Source: Thecamonas trahens ATCC 50062
Lineage: Eukaryota; Protista; Apusomonadida
Direction: 5' to 3'
NCBI RefSeq assembly: GCF_000142905.1
Contig: NW_013657621.1
Span: 81,021 to 145,020, forward strand
Length of the DNA: 64,000 nucleotides
Made by a program: the position numbers and the translations under genes. The notes under the pieces are model-generated. The model searched no databases. It had not been told where the DNA came from and saw nothing but the letters and a program-made list of their open reading frames with translations. Below, in pieces: positions 21,073-32,619 of the stretch. Positions within the stretch are counted from its first letter, which is position 1. Every line of letters begins with the position of its first letter.

Positions 21073-24000
21073 ATGGCAGCTGTACGGAGTGTGCGTATCC
21101 GGCGGCCGCGAGCCATGCTGTTTGTCCCGCCGGAAGAGGCTGGGGCGAAGGGTGGCGGGGAGGACACGGCGGCGGCCGAGGCAGCAGCACGAGCACGGGC
21201 ATCGATGGGACTGGATGGAGTGAGCGGGAGCGTTGGCGATGGAACCAATGGTGATGTAGCCACCTTTACCCATGGCATGCACCTCGTCGCTATGCACACC
21301 TTTCCGGCGAGCCTCGTCGTCTCGGCCTTCAACAAGACCGACGGCGAGCTGGTGGTCGCCCATGAGCTCGGCTACTCGGCGTGGCACGTCTCAGGCAAGC
21401 TGCGGCAAATCAGCTACTCGAAGCGGACACGGCCGCATGTGCGGGCGCTGGTCTACTCGTCGAGGTTCAAGTTCTTTGTGGCGGCGTGCGCCGATCTCAC
21501 CTTTGAGGTCTACGATCGGAAGCTCGGGCTGGTGGAGAAGCTGCCGTCGTCGTCGCACTCGACGCTCGCACTGGCCATCCATGCTCCGCGGCACCAGCTT
21601 GTCTCGGCTGGCGTCGAGGAGATCCACGTGTGGAACATCATCCCGCATCCGGACGTCAAGTTTGACGCCGACGCCGAGCCCATCCAGCGGTACACGGTCG
21701 CCCACGCCGGGCAGCTTGCCGTCCCGCATGGCACACCATGGATCACGTCCCTGGCCATACATGAGCCATCGTCGTCAGTCCTTGCGCTGGCCAACTCGCG
21801 GCTGCTTGTCTACGACCTCAGGGATGTGCCACGGGCGGGCGAGGTTGCGGCGGATGTGGCCGTGGCGTACGCCAACGTGGCACGTACTGATGGCGCTGCG
21901 GCGCGGGCGCGGGAAGGAGTGTTTGACACGGTGGCGCCGCGAGTGCTTGACCACGGGCAGGGGCGGACGTTCTCTGCAGCGCTCCGTGTGGTGGCACCCT
22001 CGCACGAGCTCGACTACCTGGTCACGGCCGGCATTGACACGTACATTGCAGTGTACGAGTTTACGACGTTTCGGCGAGTTACGATTCTCACCGGTCACTC
22101 CAAGCCGGTGACAGCGGTGATGGAGGTGGCGACCTCGCACGCACCGCTGCTCATGTCTGCCTCGGAGGACGCGTCGATCCGGCTCTGGTCGCTCCTCACT
22201 CTGACCGAGACGTACCGGCTCAACCTGGCGGCACCACTGACGGGCCTCGGGTCGCTGGCGTCGTCGTCGATATTCTACGCCACGACACGAACCGCAGTCG
22301 TGGTCTTCAAGTTCATGCACCTGTACGACTTGTTCGACCAGCTGCGGTCGCCGGTGGGTCAGCTGGAGATGGTCCGCGATCCGGCGGGGGCGTCGACGGC
22401 ACGGTTGGCCTTTGCACCTGCCGACGGCTCGATCCGGATCTGGACTTTTGATGGGCGGCCACTGGTGACGGTCCTCCCACCGCCGTCGACCGTCCACCCG
22501 CTAGCGTATGTGTACTCACGGCTTCACTCGAGCGTGGTGGTTCTCCTCTCGTCGCACGAAGTCTGGCTTTACGATGCCGGGTTTAACCCGGCGCGGCGGA
22601 CGGCGCGGTGGCCGGCGGTGTCGCGGGCGGCGACGCTCTGCCTCGGGCTCTGCTCGGGCACGACGCCGCCGCCGGCGATGAAGAGCGAGGACCAGCTTCC
22701 GTTTGGAGTGTACTTTGAGCTCGCCTTTGGCGGCTCGGCTGATGGCCTCATCCAGTTCTGGTCGGTCTCGGACGACTCGCGGCTGTACCAAAAGTTCCGG
22801 GCAGACAAAAATCCTGTGGTGGCGGTCGATTTTGATGCAAGCGCGTGTAAGCTTGCAGCGTACGCGTGCGGCGGCGAGGAGGGCCGGATCCGGATCTGGT
22901 CGTGGCCGACGACGCGGTCGGCGCCGGCGCGGGTGGGCAAGAGCGGGCGTCGACTCAGCTCGGTAGCGGACACATTTGGCGGCATTTCCAACGTGCAGGC
23001 ATCAGCGCGGGCTTTCCAGATCCTGCACGAGATCAGGGTGGCGTCGACGCTCACCTTTGTGCGGTGCCTTGACCCGTTTCTCTACGCCGGCCACTCGGAT
23101 GGCACGTTTGAGGTGTACTCTGTGGTGGGCCAGACGGTCAAAATGTCCAAGTCGATGTTTGCGCTGTCTACGACGCGGATGGCTGGCGAGCGCAAGTTAT
23201 CGGCGCTGCGGTCTGCCTCGTTTGCCTCGCTGAAGCGGCAAAACTCGCTTGCTGCCTTCCAGCTTGTTCCGAGCAAGAGCACGACATTGCTGCCGAGTAT
23301 GACAGCTGAAGAGAGCACGGAGCACGGGAAGGAAGAAGCAAGCGGCCTTGTTGAGTCGGACTCTTCGTCAGACGATGTCGAGGTTGATGCGGAGACCGGG
23401 CTTGTGCGGACGCTGATGCACAGCGGCGGGGTGACTGGTATGGCTGTGGCGCCCGAGCTGAACATGGTGGTGACGTCGTGCGAGGACGGGATCCTCCGTG
23501 TGTGCTCGCTGAGCGGTCGGCACCGGGCTTCGCTGAAGGTCGGGGCAAGCGTGGGCGCTGTGACGATAGTCAACCGGTTTGGTGACATGGTGTTTGCCAT
23601 GAACGACGCACTGTACTCGATTCACTCTTCGCTCTTCTGCACGCTCCCGTTCCGGCGCAGCGTGGCAGAGGAGCGGCGGATGGCGCAGCTTGCGGCGGCT
23701 GATGGGTTGGATATTGTGGAGGATGCGGACGATGTGGCGCTCAAGATCTACCAGCCGAAGGTCATGTCCGAGCTGACAATGACTGCGCTGGCGGTGATGA
23801 ACAATGTGTATGCGACGCGGCGGGCGCGACTGCTTGCGCTTGCGCGAGTTGTGGCGCAGCACCGAGCAGCGGCTGCGGCGGTCGCAGTCGCGGCTACCCC
23901 AGCTGATGTGGATGCCAGTAGCAGCGAGGTCGAGAGTGAGTGGCGGCCTATGGCGCTGCGGACGGCAGGACGGCGCGGGATTCTGGACTCGCCAGTGCGG

Positions 24001-25864
24001 TCGGATGTGGACGACTGCGGCGGGGCGATGTCAACGATGTCTGGGCGGCTGTATGCGCTCACGCCTGTGGGCCAGTTTTCGGGCTACACGCTGCTGGACA
24101 TGCCTGCGGCAGATGGGCTGATGGTTGATGTTGTGGCGGCGCGGCTGCGGCAGCTCGCGCTGCTTGTAGACGACAAGATCCTGAGTGCGATTCTTGCGGG
24201 CGAGAGCGCGCCACTGCGAGCAAGCCGGCAGTTGGACGTTGACCCTGAAGTGATGAATGCATGGGAGCGATCGATGGAGCTGCTTACGCGGCAGCAGACC
24301 ATACGGCGGCGACAAGCGTCGAGTGCGGCCCGGTTTGACATTCTCCGGGCGAGGACCGAGGGTGATCCGGAAGCTGCGGCGGCTCTGGAGCTCGAGGCGC
24401 TGCTGGCTGGCGAAGTGACCGATGAGTTTATGCGGGTTATGGAGGACCTTGGTGAGTTTGCGGCAGATGCAGGGCTCGGTCAGTTTGAGACGAACGAGTG
24501 GAGCGAGGCGCTGGAGGTGTTCCAGCGGGCGGCACTCCGGCGGGCGTCAAGCGCGGACTTGAGCACGGGCGACTCACAAAGGCAGCCGACGAACGAGGCA
24601 AGTTTGTCGCAGTCGACGTGGTTCCGATCGCGGATGCCGACGGAGTTTTTCGGCTCTGAAGATATGCCGGTCCTCTCACCGCTGGTCTCGGCGCGAGACG
24701 GGTCGTACTCGAGCGGATTGTACTCGAGTGGAACATCGGCTCCAGCTCCAGCTCCAGCTCCAGCTCCAGCTCCAGCTCCAGCTCCAGCTCGACAATCATG
24801 CGGTGGGCATGCGGTGGGCGTTTGGCGGGCGGTCGTCATCGTCGTCAGCCGGGCTGGACGACTTGTCGGACATTCGGGCGTGGCCGCAAGATCCGTCTGC
24901 GCGGTTTGTGGGTGAGGATGACCAAGCTGCTGCCATTTGCGCGGATGGGCCGATCGCAGTCTGCGCTCGGGCTGTATGCGGCCGACAAAGCAAGCGTGGA
25001 CCAGGAGGCCGAAGTGCGGGCCAAGGTGCGGTACCTGCTCGGCCTCTCGCCAAAGCAGTTGGTGACGCAGCAGATGGCAGGGCGGCGGGCGACGCCGCGG
25101 TCGCGATCGCTCCGCAAGCTCGTCTCCAAGGCGAATAAGCTCCAGCGGCGGAAGAAGAGACAGCGCAAAGCGACGGGCGCAAGCCCGGGCCCGCAGCTTG
25201 TGGCGCGGACGTCGCGGCGTGTGTCGGGCGGCCAGAAGCCGGTTGGTGCCGACGAGGTTCTGTTCCAGCACTCGTCCAAGGACGACCTTGTGCGTGCGTG
25301 GGCGGCGGCGCCGCTGCCGCGGGTCAGGACGCCGGCGGCATCGCCAGTTCCGGACGAGCCTGAGAGGAGCAGTGTAGGCGGCGGGTGGTCAAGCGGGTCG
25401 CCGAGCGCGAGTCGCAAGCCACGGCGGCGCGGCGGGCTGGCTGTGCCCAAGCCGAGGTCGATTGCCGAGCGGCGGCGGCGTGGGTCGATCTCTTTCCGGC
25501 CCGGGTCAGGTAGCGGGCTGCTGACTCCTGCAGTGCGGCGAGCGCGGGCGGCGACGCGAAGTGGCCGATCTGTCAGCTTTGGAAGCGGAAGCGGAAGCGG
25601 AAGTGGACTGTTGACGGAGAGCGAGTTGATGCGGCGGCCGAGGCGGAGCAGGCTAGGGCGTGGAGAAAAGGTGGATGCGGACGTGTCGGTGTCGCGGTCG
25701 TTGTCCCGGTCGGTGTCGCGGACGAGAGTCGGCAGCGAAGTGGAGGCGCAGCCTAGAGTGCAAGACCAAGGCGATCGGGGGCAAGCAATGTCTGGTGAAG
25801 GCGGGCTGACAAAGGTGGAGAAGGAACGGGTTTTGTTGCCGCCGCAACCGCAGCCGCGGGGGGT

Positions 25865-25907
<43 letters not shown>

Positions 25908-25933
25908 GAGCAGCAGGAGCAGCCACAGCGGTC

Positions 25934-25980
<47 letters not shown>

Positions 25981-27268
25981 CCAGACCGCATCGGCGGCGG
26001 CGGCGGCGGTCCAGCATTGGCTTCAGGTCCGGCAGGAACGAATGGCGCAGAGCGGTTTCATATCGCCCAAGTCGGAACGAATGGCGCAGAGCGGTTTCAT
26101 ATCGCCCAAGTCGGCTGAGCAGGCGAGGCGTGTGTCGCGGCTGCAGGGCGTGTTCTTGACCCGGATCAAGGAGCTGACGCTAGACGAGGTGAATGTGGCA
26201 GCCAAGTCGCCGCCGCCGGCCGAAAGACAGTTGACGTCGGCTTCGAGAGCGGCAACGGCGTCATCGTGGAGCGAGATCAAGACTGGGAGCGGAGACGAGA
26301 GCGGAGACGGCGTCCTGTTTCCGTGTCGAGTGCATCCGCAGCCACCACCGGGGAGTCCGCCTGCCGAGAGGCCGGACGTGCGGCGATGGCAGCGGTGGCA
26401 GCGGTGGCAGCGGCGGACAGGCGAGCTGGCACGAGTGGCAGTTCGAATGTCGGGCGAGTCGAGCGCAGAACTTGTACCTGTGGATGCAGCGGCCGACGTG
26501 GCAGTTGAGGCCACGGCGCCAGCAGATGCACAGCTGCGATCACAGGTGTGGGTCGGCGGCGGACAGGTGTACGCGTCGCGACTGCAGCGAGTCCGTGCAT
26601 TGGCAGAGGGCGTGAGCGGGCTGGAACGACTGGGCGAACAGGCTGTGGCGCGGGCTGAGCAGCGGCGCGGGATGGCTGTGACGCGGATCGAGCTCGATGC
26701 CAACTTTGTCGGCGAGAGTGAGCAGCTTAGCATGGCCGAGGCCGTAGCCAAGATGGCGGAGCAGAGGCGGCTGGCGTACGAGCAGCAGGTTGTGGCAGCG
26801 CGGCGGTGGAGGTCGCGGCAGAGACGGAGGCCCGGCCAGACGAGGTCTTCCGCCAAGGCGAAGCCACGATTGTGGTCGCAGGTGCGGCGGCCGATGAAGC
26901 CATCGCAGATGAAGCCGCGACCGCCGTCGCAAGAGAAGCCGCCGCAACAGCCCCAGCCACAGCGCGGGACGGTGCCGATCCTGGTCTCTGGCGAGCTCAA
27001 GCCGCCGCCCCGCCGACGTGGTCGTCGTCGTGGCCGCAATCGCGGTCGCGGTCGCGGTCGCGGTCGTAGCCGCAGGAGTCACGGTAGCGGCGAGAGCGGG
27101 ACGACGAGCGCAAGTGCGAGCGCAAGTGCAAGTGGTATCCTCAGCGGACCAGGGAGGTGGAGCGGCAGCCCAAGCCAGAGCGGTATGGGCTCGGCGGAGA
27201 TCCGACACGCGGCAGAGCAGCGAGTGCAACGGCTACTTGCACGGCGGCGTGCTGCACAAGGGCGGTAA
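21073..27268 (+). CDS. Large WD40-repeat protein (possibly WDR87/WDR97-like) with a low-complexity tail; two frame breaks (~24730-24940 and ~25800-26040)
   Basis: WD repeats such as 'LTGHSKPVTAV...SASEDASIRLWSL' and 'HSGGVTGMAVAP..VVTSCEDGILRV'. Three overlapping ORFs lie in successive -1 frames. The start may be the ATG at 21115. The subfamily call is tentative. Confidence 0.7.
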
Positions 27269-27754
27269 ACGGTAAGGGGCCGAGAGGGGGCCGGCGAGGT
27301 TGTCGCATGTGCGGGAGGGGGGGGAAGGGTTAAAAAAGGGATGCGATTGGAGGAGGGCGTGGCAAGCACGTGATAGTCGAACACTCGCTGTAAAAAAAAA
27401 GAGAGGGCGTTACGACTGTCAAGTGACACACACTCGTCTCCAAGTGCACATCTGCAAGCCAAGCCAAGCGATCAGAAGTAACAAAGGTCAAGCTTAGGCG
27501 TTCATCCCCACGTGTACACACAGCTGCTCGTTTCCTGAAGCGGCGACATTTTTTTTTGCGTCCTTTTAGACAGCCGCACGAGCATCTTTCGAAAGAGGTG
27601 CGGGGGAAGAGGACTCGGCAAGGCGCAAGGAAGGAGCAAGGCGAAGAGAAGCAAAGAGGTGTCTGAGGAAGGGAGCAGGCGAGAAGAGAGCGAGCGGGAT
27701 TGAAGGACAACAGGGACGACAGGGAAGACATACCTAGCAGGGAAAGCGGACGGG

Positions 27755-29129
27755 ATGGACACGGGCGACCGACATGCCGAGTTCAAGCAGCGCATGGCCA
27801 AGCAAGCCAAGGTGGCAGCAGATGCGGCAACTCGCACATGCGAGCGGAACGGGTACAAGGCCTATTTTCCGAATCGAGGCAACGATTGCAAAGTGGCGAC
27901 GGGAGACCCATCGGCGATGGCTTTGGGCGATGGCACCGACGGGACTGAGAGCTTGGGCCCGTTTGCGGTCTTTGAGTCTGGCGCGTCGGTGACACTCGAG
28001 GGCGACAAGATCGTCATTCTGACAAAGTGGGGCTCGCTCCTCTCGATCCCGTTTGTGCTCGAGTGGCCGTCGCTGGGGGCGCTGGCGGAGCGGCGGGCCA
28101 AGCTACCGCGGGCGCCGATTGCGCACACAGGCAATGTGGTGAAGATGAGCAAGGCCAAGCGGCTGATCGGCGGGGCCAAGTGGCAGAAGCGGCACCTGGT
28201 GATGACCGGGACCAAGTTTGCGTACTTTAGGAGCGAGGGCGAGGTGGCGCAGGGCATCCGGGCAGCGCGCGGGACGTTCTCGCTCACGCCCGGGAGCTAT
28301 GTGGCGAGCGCAGACAGCCGGACGGGGTGCGCAAGGACGCGTTTGCCAAGACCGGGGCCAATGGGCAAACGACGATGTGGGCGACGGGCCTCAAGTCGTT
28401 TGATGTGTTTGCGGCGACCAAGGGCGTGGTGGGGCGCGACCACGTGTTTGCGGTCCACGTATCGGGCAAGCACGACGAGCTGGCGGGCGACCGGACGTAC
28501 TACTTTCAGGCGCCGACGGCCGAGGAGCGCGACGCATGGGTTGGGTTCATTGCTGCCAACATCGACATTGCGGCGACCGAAGGTGGGCGCGGGCAATGGC
28601 GGCAGACGTGTTTGGCAAGATTGTCGGACCGCACATGGACAATCCGGACGGTGTGGCGATGGACGAGCTGCTCGACGATTTGTACGGGTACAGTGCGGCA
28701 GCGGCCGAAGCGACACTCGCCGAGGGCGATGGAAAGGCGGAAAGAAAGCGCGGCAAGGCGCCGCCTCCGCCGTCGTCCGCATCGTCGGGCGTGAATCCGG
28801 TGCTCAAGGCAGCCGCGACTCGGGCGGCAGTGGAAGCTGCTCGGGCGGAGCTCGAGGCGTCGTACGATGCCAACCAGGTGTTTGGGCCTGGGACAGTCAA
28901 CGAGCTCAACGGGATGCTGAGCTCGCTGTACGGGCTGGGCTCGCCGACGCCGTCGGCCGGCTCGTCTGCACTTGCGATCGACTCGAGCTCGCCAGACGAG
29001 GGCGGTCTGATGGTGGCTGGCTCGCCGATTGCCATGCCGACGCCGCCGCCGGCGTCGTACCTGGCGGCATCACAAGATTTGGTTGGGGAAGACGTGTCGT
29101 CTGGGGATGACGAGGAGGGCGACGAGTAA
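27755..29129 (+). CDS. PH-domain protein; two frame breaks (~28325 and ~28585)
   Basis: PH N-half 'HTGNVVKMSKAKRLIGGAKWQKRHLVMTGTKFAYF' is in ORF 27755 and the C-half 'TYYFQAPTAEERDAWVGFI' is in ORF 28327. An acidic tail is in ORF 28536. Each join needs one extra G in a G run. Confidence 0.8.
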
Positions 29130-29175
29130 AAACACACAACACGAGCGCACGGAGAGGGTTTATGTGCCATAGGCG

Positions 29176-29528
29176 TCAGTCGTCGGATGGCTCGTGCTGC
29201 TGGCGGTACATCTCTGTCTTGCGCAGGATCCAACGGCGCTGACGAACGGGAATGTTGCGCTTCTTCATGTCGAGGCCGCGGAGGGAGAACAGCTCGTCCC
29301 ACGACTCAAAGGCATCGGCATACTGGTCGCACTCGCGGCCGATGCGAGCAAGGAACTCGTCCTTGGTCATGCCGTCTGCGATGGAAGGAGGAGAGGGGGT
29401 GAGGAGAGCGAGGCGAGGAGGGAGGAGGGAGAAGGAGGGAGAAGGAAGGTAGACGTACATCGGGGCTCCGGGACGGGCTTGCTCTTGTCACGCTTGCGGC
29501 TGTGGTGACGACCACCATACCACGACAT
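29176..29528 (-). CDS. IGR-motif mitochondrial ribosomal protein (mS41/Fyv4-like); 5' end uncertain
   Basis: 'EFLARIGRECDQYADAFESWDELFSL...MKKRNIPVRQRRWIL'. Intron 29458-29376 (GTACGT...cgcAG, phase 1) joins KPVPEPR-Y-GMTK. Confidence 0.82.
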
Positions 29529-30925
29529 GAGATGATGGCGAGGCGTCGACCAATCAACCAGCAAGGCGCGTTAGCGGATTGGTATGACATGATGACGACC
29601 AGGAGGATGAGGAGGATGAGGAGGATGAGGAGGATGAGGAGGATGAGGAGGATGAGGAGGACGACCACCACCACCACCACCACCACCACCACCACGACCA
29701 GGAGGAGTAAGCGGGCAGAGGCAAGACATAGCACCCCATGAGTCCCCCATCCCACCCCTTCGACCACCCACACATCCCGCACCACACCACACCCACACAA
29801 TAGCCATTCCCAGAGGGAGGGGGGGAGGGAGGGGGGGGGGAGGGAGGGGAGGGAGGGAGGGGAGATGGCCACCCCCANNNNNNNNNNNNNNNNNNNNNNN
29901 NNNNNNNNNNNNNNNNNNNNNNNNNNNNNNNNNNNNNNNNNNNNNNNNNNNNNNNNNNNNNNNNNNNNNNNNNNNNNNNNNNNNNNNNNNNNNNNNNNNN
30001 NNNNNNNNNNNNNNNNNNNNNNNNNNNNNNNNNNNNNNNNNNNNNNNNNNNNNNNNNNNNNNNNNNNNNNNNNNNNNNNNNNNNNNNNNNNNNNNNNNNN
30101 NNNNNNNNNNNNNNNNNNNNNNNNNNNNNNNNNNNNNNNNNNNNNNNNNNNNNNNNNNNNNNNNNNNNNNNNNNNNNNNNNNNNNNNNNNNNNNNNNNNN
30201 NNNNNNNNNNNNNNNNNNNNNNNNNNNNNNNNNNNNNNNNNNNNNNNNNNNNNNNNNNNNNATCAGGGGGGGAAGAGGAGAGGGATTGATTGGTGATCGG
30301 GGGAGGGGCGGGGGGATGGGGGGGATGGGGGGGATGGGGGGGGGAAGAGGGGATGATGGAGAGGGAAGGGGGGGAGGGGGGGGGAGAGAGGCCGAGGGAT
30401 CCATGGGGAGAACGATGGTCACGATTAAATGAACGTTGGATAATCGTGGGAGGGAAAGGGCGACTATGTGAGCCAAGAGAGCGGGATAGTGGGATAGCAG
30501 GATGCAACGGGAGCGGGGGAGGGGGGATTAGGGGAGGGGTATGGGATTGGTGTGATGGGGAGGATGGGAGGATGGGAGAGATGGCGATGGCTACGATTAT
30601 TAAAAGGTTGGACAATCGTATGCGAAAAGGATCTAGAGCGATAGGCAGAGAGAGAGGATGAGAAGCAAGTTAAAGGACATCTGTGTCACAAAGGGAAATG
30701 GTCGGTGCTAGCGTGGGGCAGTGTGGTGGCATGTGTGCGCGTGTGTTGCGTGTTGGTGTTACGTGTGATGACGCAAAAGTGTGACAAGAGAAATCGAGCG
30801 ATCACAACTTTCTGCGCATCGGCTGAAGAGCAGCAGGACAATCACGGTCGGGAAGGTGTGTCGATGAGCTTGGAATGAGGATGGGGAGCGGCGGAAGAGG
30901 CGCAAAGCACAGGTACTGATTCTTG

Positions 30926-31957
30926 TTACGAGCGGGGACGAGCGGGGCGGCGCGGGCGGAGGTTGCGGCGGGCGGCGGGCCGGACAAGAGAGTGGAGCCA
31001 CTCGGCGAGGATGCCGAGAATGTCGGCGATAGGCTTGGGCTCCAGCGCCGAGGCAGAGTCGGCGTGTGTGTGCCAGGAAGAGGGGAAGGGGACTGGGATG
31101 AGGTGGAGGACGGGGACGTTGCGGCGGAGAAAGGGGATGTGATCGTCCTCGACGGTCATGCGCGACGGACCGCGACGAAAGTACGACGGCGTCTGATAGT
31201 CGGAGATCCAACCGGCGGCGCGACCTGCGGCCTCGATGTCGGCAAGGCGGTTGAAGACGCCCGAGGAGGCCGGATGGGCGTCGTGGAAGACGTGGCGGCC
31301 GGTGCCGATGAGATCGATGAGGGTAAAGAGTTCGATGCGGGCGAGGCGGTCTTCGGCGGCCCACTTTGCAGCGAGAGCACGGGCGCCGTAAATCGAGTCT
31401 GTGGCCGTCCAATCGACAAAGGCCTCTTCGCCGTCAAAGAGGACAATGTCAAAGCCGAGGTCGGGCGGGGCGGAGGGAAGGAGCGGGCTGAGGCCGGCGG
31501 CGAGCTCGAGGAGCATGGCACAGGGAACGGCCGAGTCGATGGCGCCGCGGAACTCAAAGCCATCAAAAAGCTTCGAGTCGTAGTGGGCGCCGAGGACGAT
31601 GCGGCGCGGGGCATCCGGGGCGGACGACGCGATGAGGTTGGCAAACGCCTTGCGCCCAAGCGGCGTATCATCGACAAACTCGTGGACAGTGAGCTCAAAG
31701 CCGTCGATCTGCCGGAGCTGCGCCATGAGCCATGCCTTGGCTGCCGCATGCCCGGGCGTGTCCGGGACGCGGACGTTGTACAGCGGGCTCTGCGTTGCCA
31801 TCTCTATCACCCGCGCCGCAGAGAGCGAGCGGCGGAGGGCGGCAGGCGACGCCGCCGGGACGAGCGACGGCCGCAGCGGGGACGGTGGCGCCGAGGGCCA
31901 GAGGAGGTACACTGCGAGGACGACCAAGACGAGATACGTGGCAGTCTGTCGCTGCAT
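30926..31957 (-). CDS. QPCT: Glutaminyl-peptide cyclotransferase (M28 family) with a signal anchor
   Basis: Motifs 'LGAHYDSK', 'GAIDSAVPCAMLL', 'FDGEEAF.DW..TDSIYGAR.LA', 'EDDHIPF' and 'WHT'. Hydrophobic N-terminus. Confidence 0.93.
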   Translation of the reverse strand: MQRQTATYLVLVVLAVYLLWPSAPPSPLRPSLVPAASPAALRRSLSAARVIEMATQSPLYNVRVPDTPGHAAAKAWLMAQLRQIDGFELTVHEFVDDTPLGRKAFANLIASSAPDAPRRIVLGAHYDSKLFDGFEFRGAIDSAVPCAMLLELAAGLSPLLPSAPPDLGFDIVLFDGEEAFVDWTATDSIYGARALAAKWAAEDRLARIELFTLIDLIGTGRHVFHDAHPASSGVFNRLADIEAAGRAAGWISDYQTPSYFRRGPSRMTVEDDHIPFLRRNVPVLHLIPVPFPSSWHTHADSASALEPKPIADILGILAEWLHSLVRPAARRNLRPRRPARPRS

Positions 31958-32081
31958 GGTGAAGACAGGTGCAGGCGATGTGGGCCAGTGTGTGTGTGTG
32001 TTTGTGTTTGTGTGGAGGTGGGGCGAGAATATAATATGAGATAGAAGTATGATTGCGGATTTTCGTAGGTCTTAGTGTGTG

Positions 32082-32163
32082 GACGGTGTGACCGAGTGGT
32101 TAAGGTGGTTGACTTGAAATCAATTGCTCTCTGAGCGCCAGGGTTCAAATCCCTGCGCCGTCG
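32082..32163 (+). tRNA. tRNA-Ser (anticodon TGA)
   Basis: Acceptor stem GACGGTG/CGCCGTC, D arm ACCGAGTGGTTAAGGT, anticodon arm GTTGA-CTTGAAA-TCAAT, long variable arm GCTC-TCT-GAGC, T arm CAGGG-TTCAAAT-CCCTG and discriminator G. Confidence 0.96.
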
Positions 32164-32167
32164 CTCA

Positions 32168-32175
32168 TTTTTTTT
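32168..32175 (+). terminator. RNA polymerase III terminator (oligo-T)
   Basis: T8 run 4 nt after the tRNA 3' end. Confidence 0.85.
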
Positions 32176-32619
32176 GCTTATCCGCTCACCCTCACCCAGC
32201 AGCCTCCCGCCCCTCCCCCCCCCCCCCCCCCGCCTGAAGGCGGGCGTCCGCGCGGAGGACACCCACGAGCCAGTGCGGCCCCCGCTGAAATATAGAGACT
32301 AGACGCGTCCTCGGCGGACAGGAGACTTGGCTNNNNNNNNNNNNNNNNNNNNNNNNNNNNNNNNNNNNNNNNNNNNNNNNNNNNNNNNNNNNNNNNNNNN
32401 NNNNNNNNNNNNNNNNNNNNNNNNNNNNNNNNTCCCCCCACACACCATCCCTCACATAAGTTCCCCCCTTTGATCAACATACATCACACTCTTCCTCTCA
32501 ATCACCAGATCTTCTCCTCCTCCCCTCTCTCCCCAGCCACCCAGCACGAACGACACGAGACAGAAACAGGTCACGCACGCCGACGCCCACCCAACCCTCC
32601 CCGCCCCCCTCCCTCACCC

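Noticed and set aside
15804-21135. Shared N-terminal 'LFVPPE' in cpRas and the WD40 protein
   Set aside because: Only six residues match, codons differ and there is no flanking similarity, so it is probably chance.
32082-32163. Possible selenocysteine or suppressor tRNA
   Set aside because: The anticodon is TGA (reads UCA, Ser), not TCA, and the stems have the standard 7/5 geometry.
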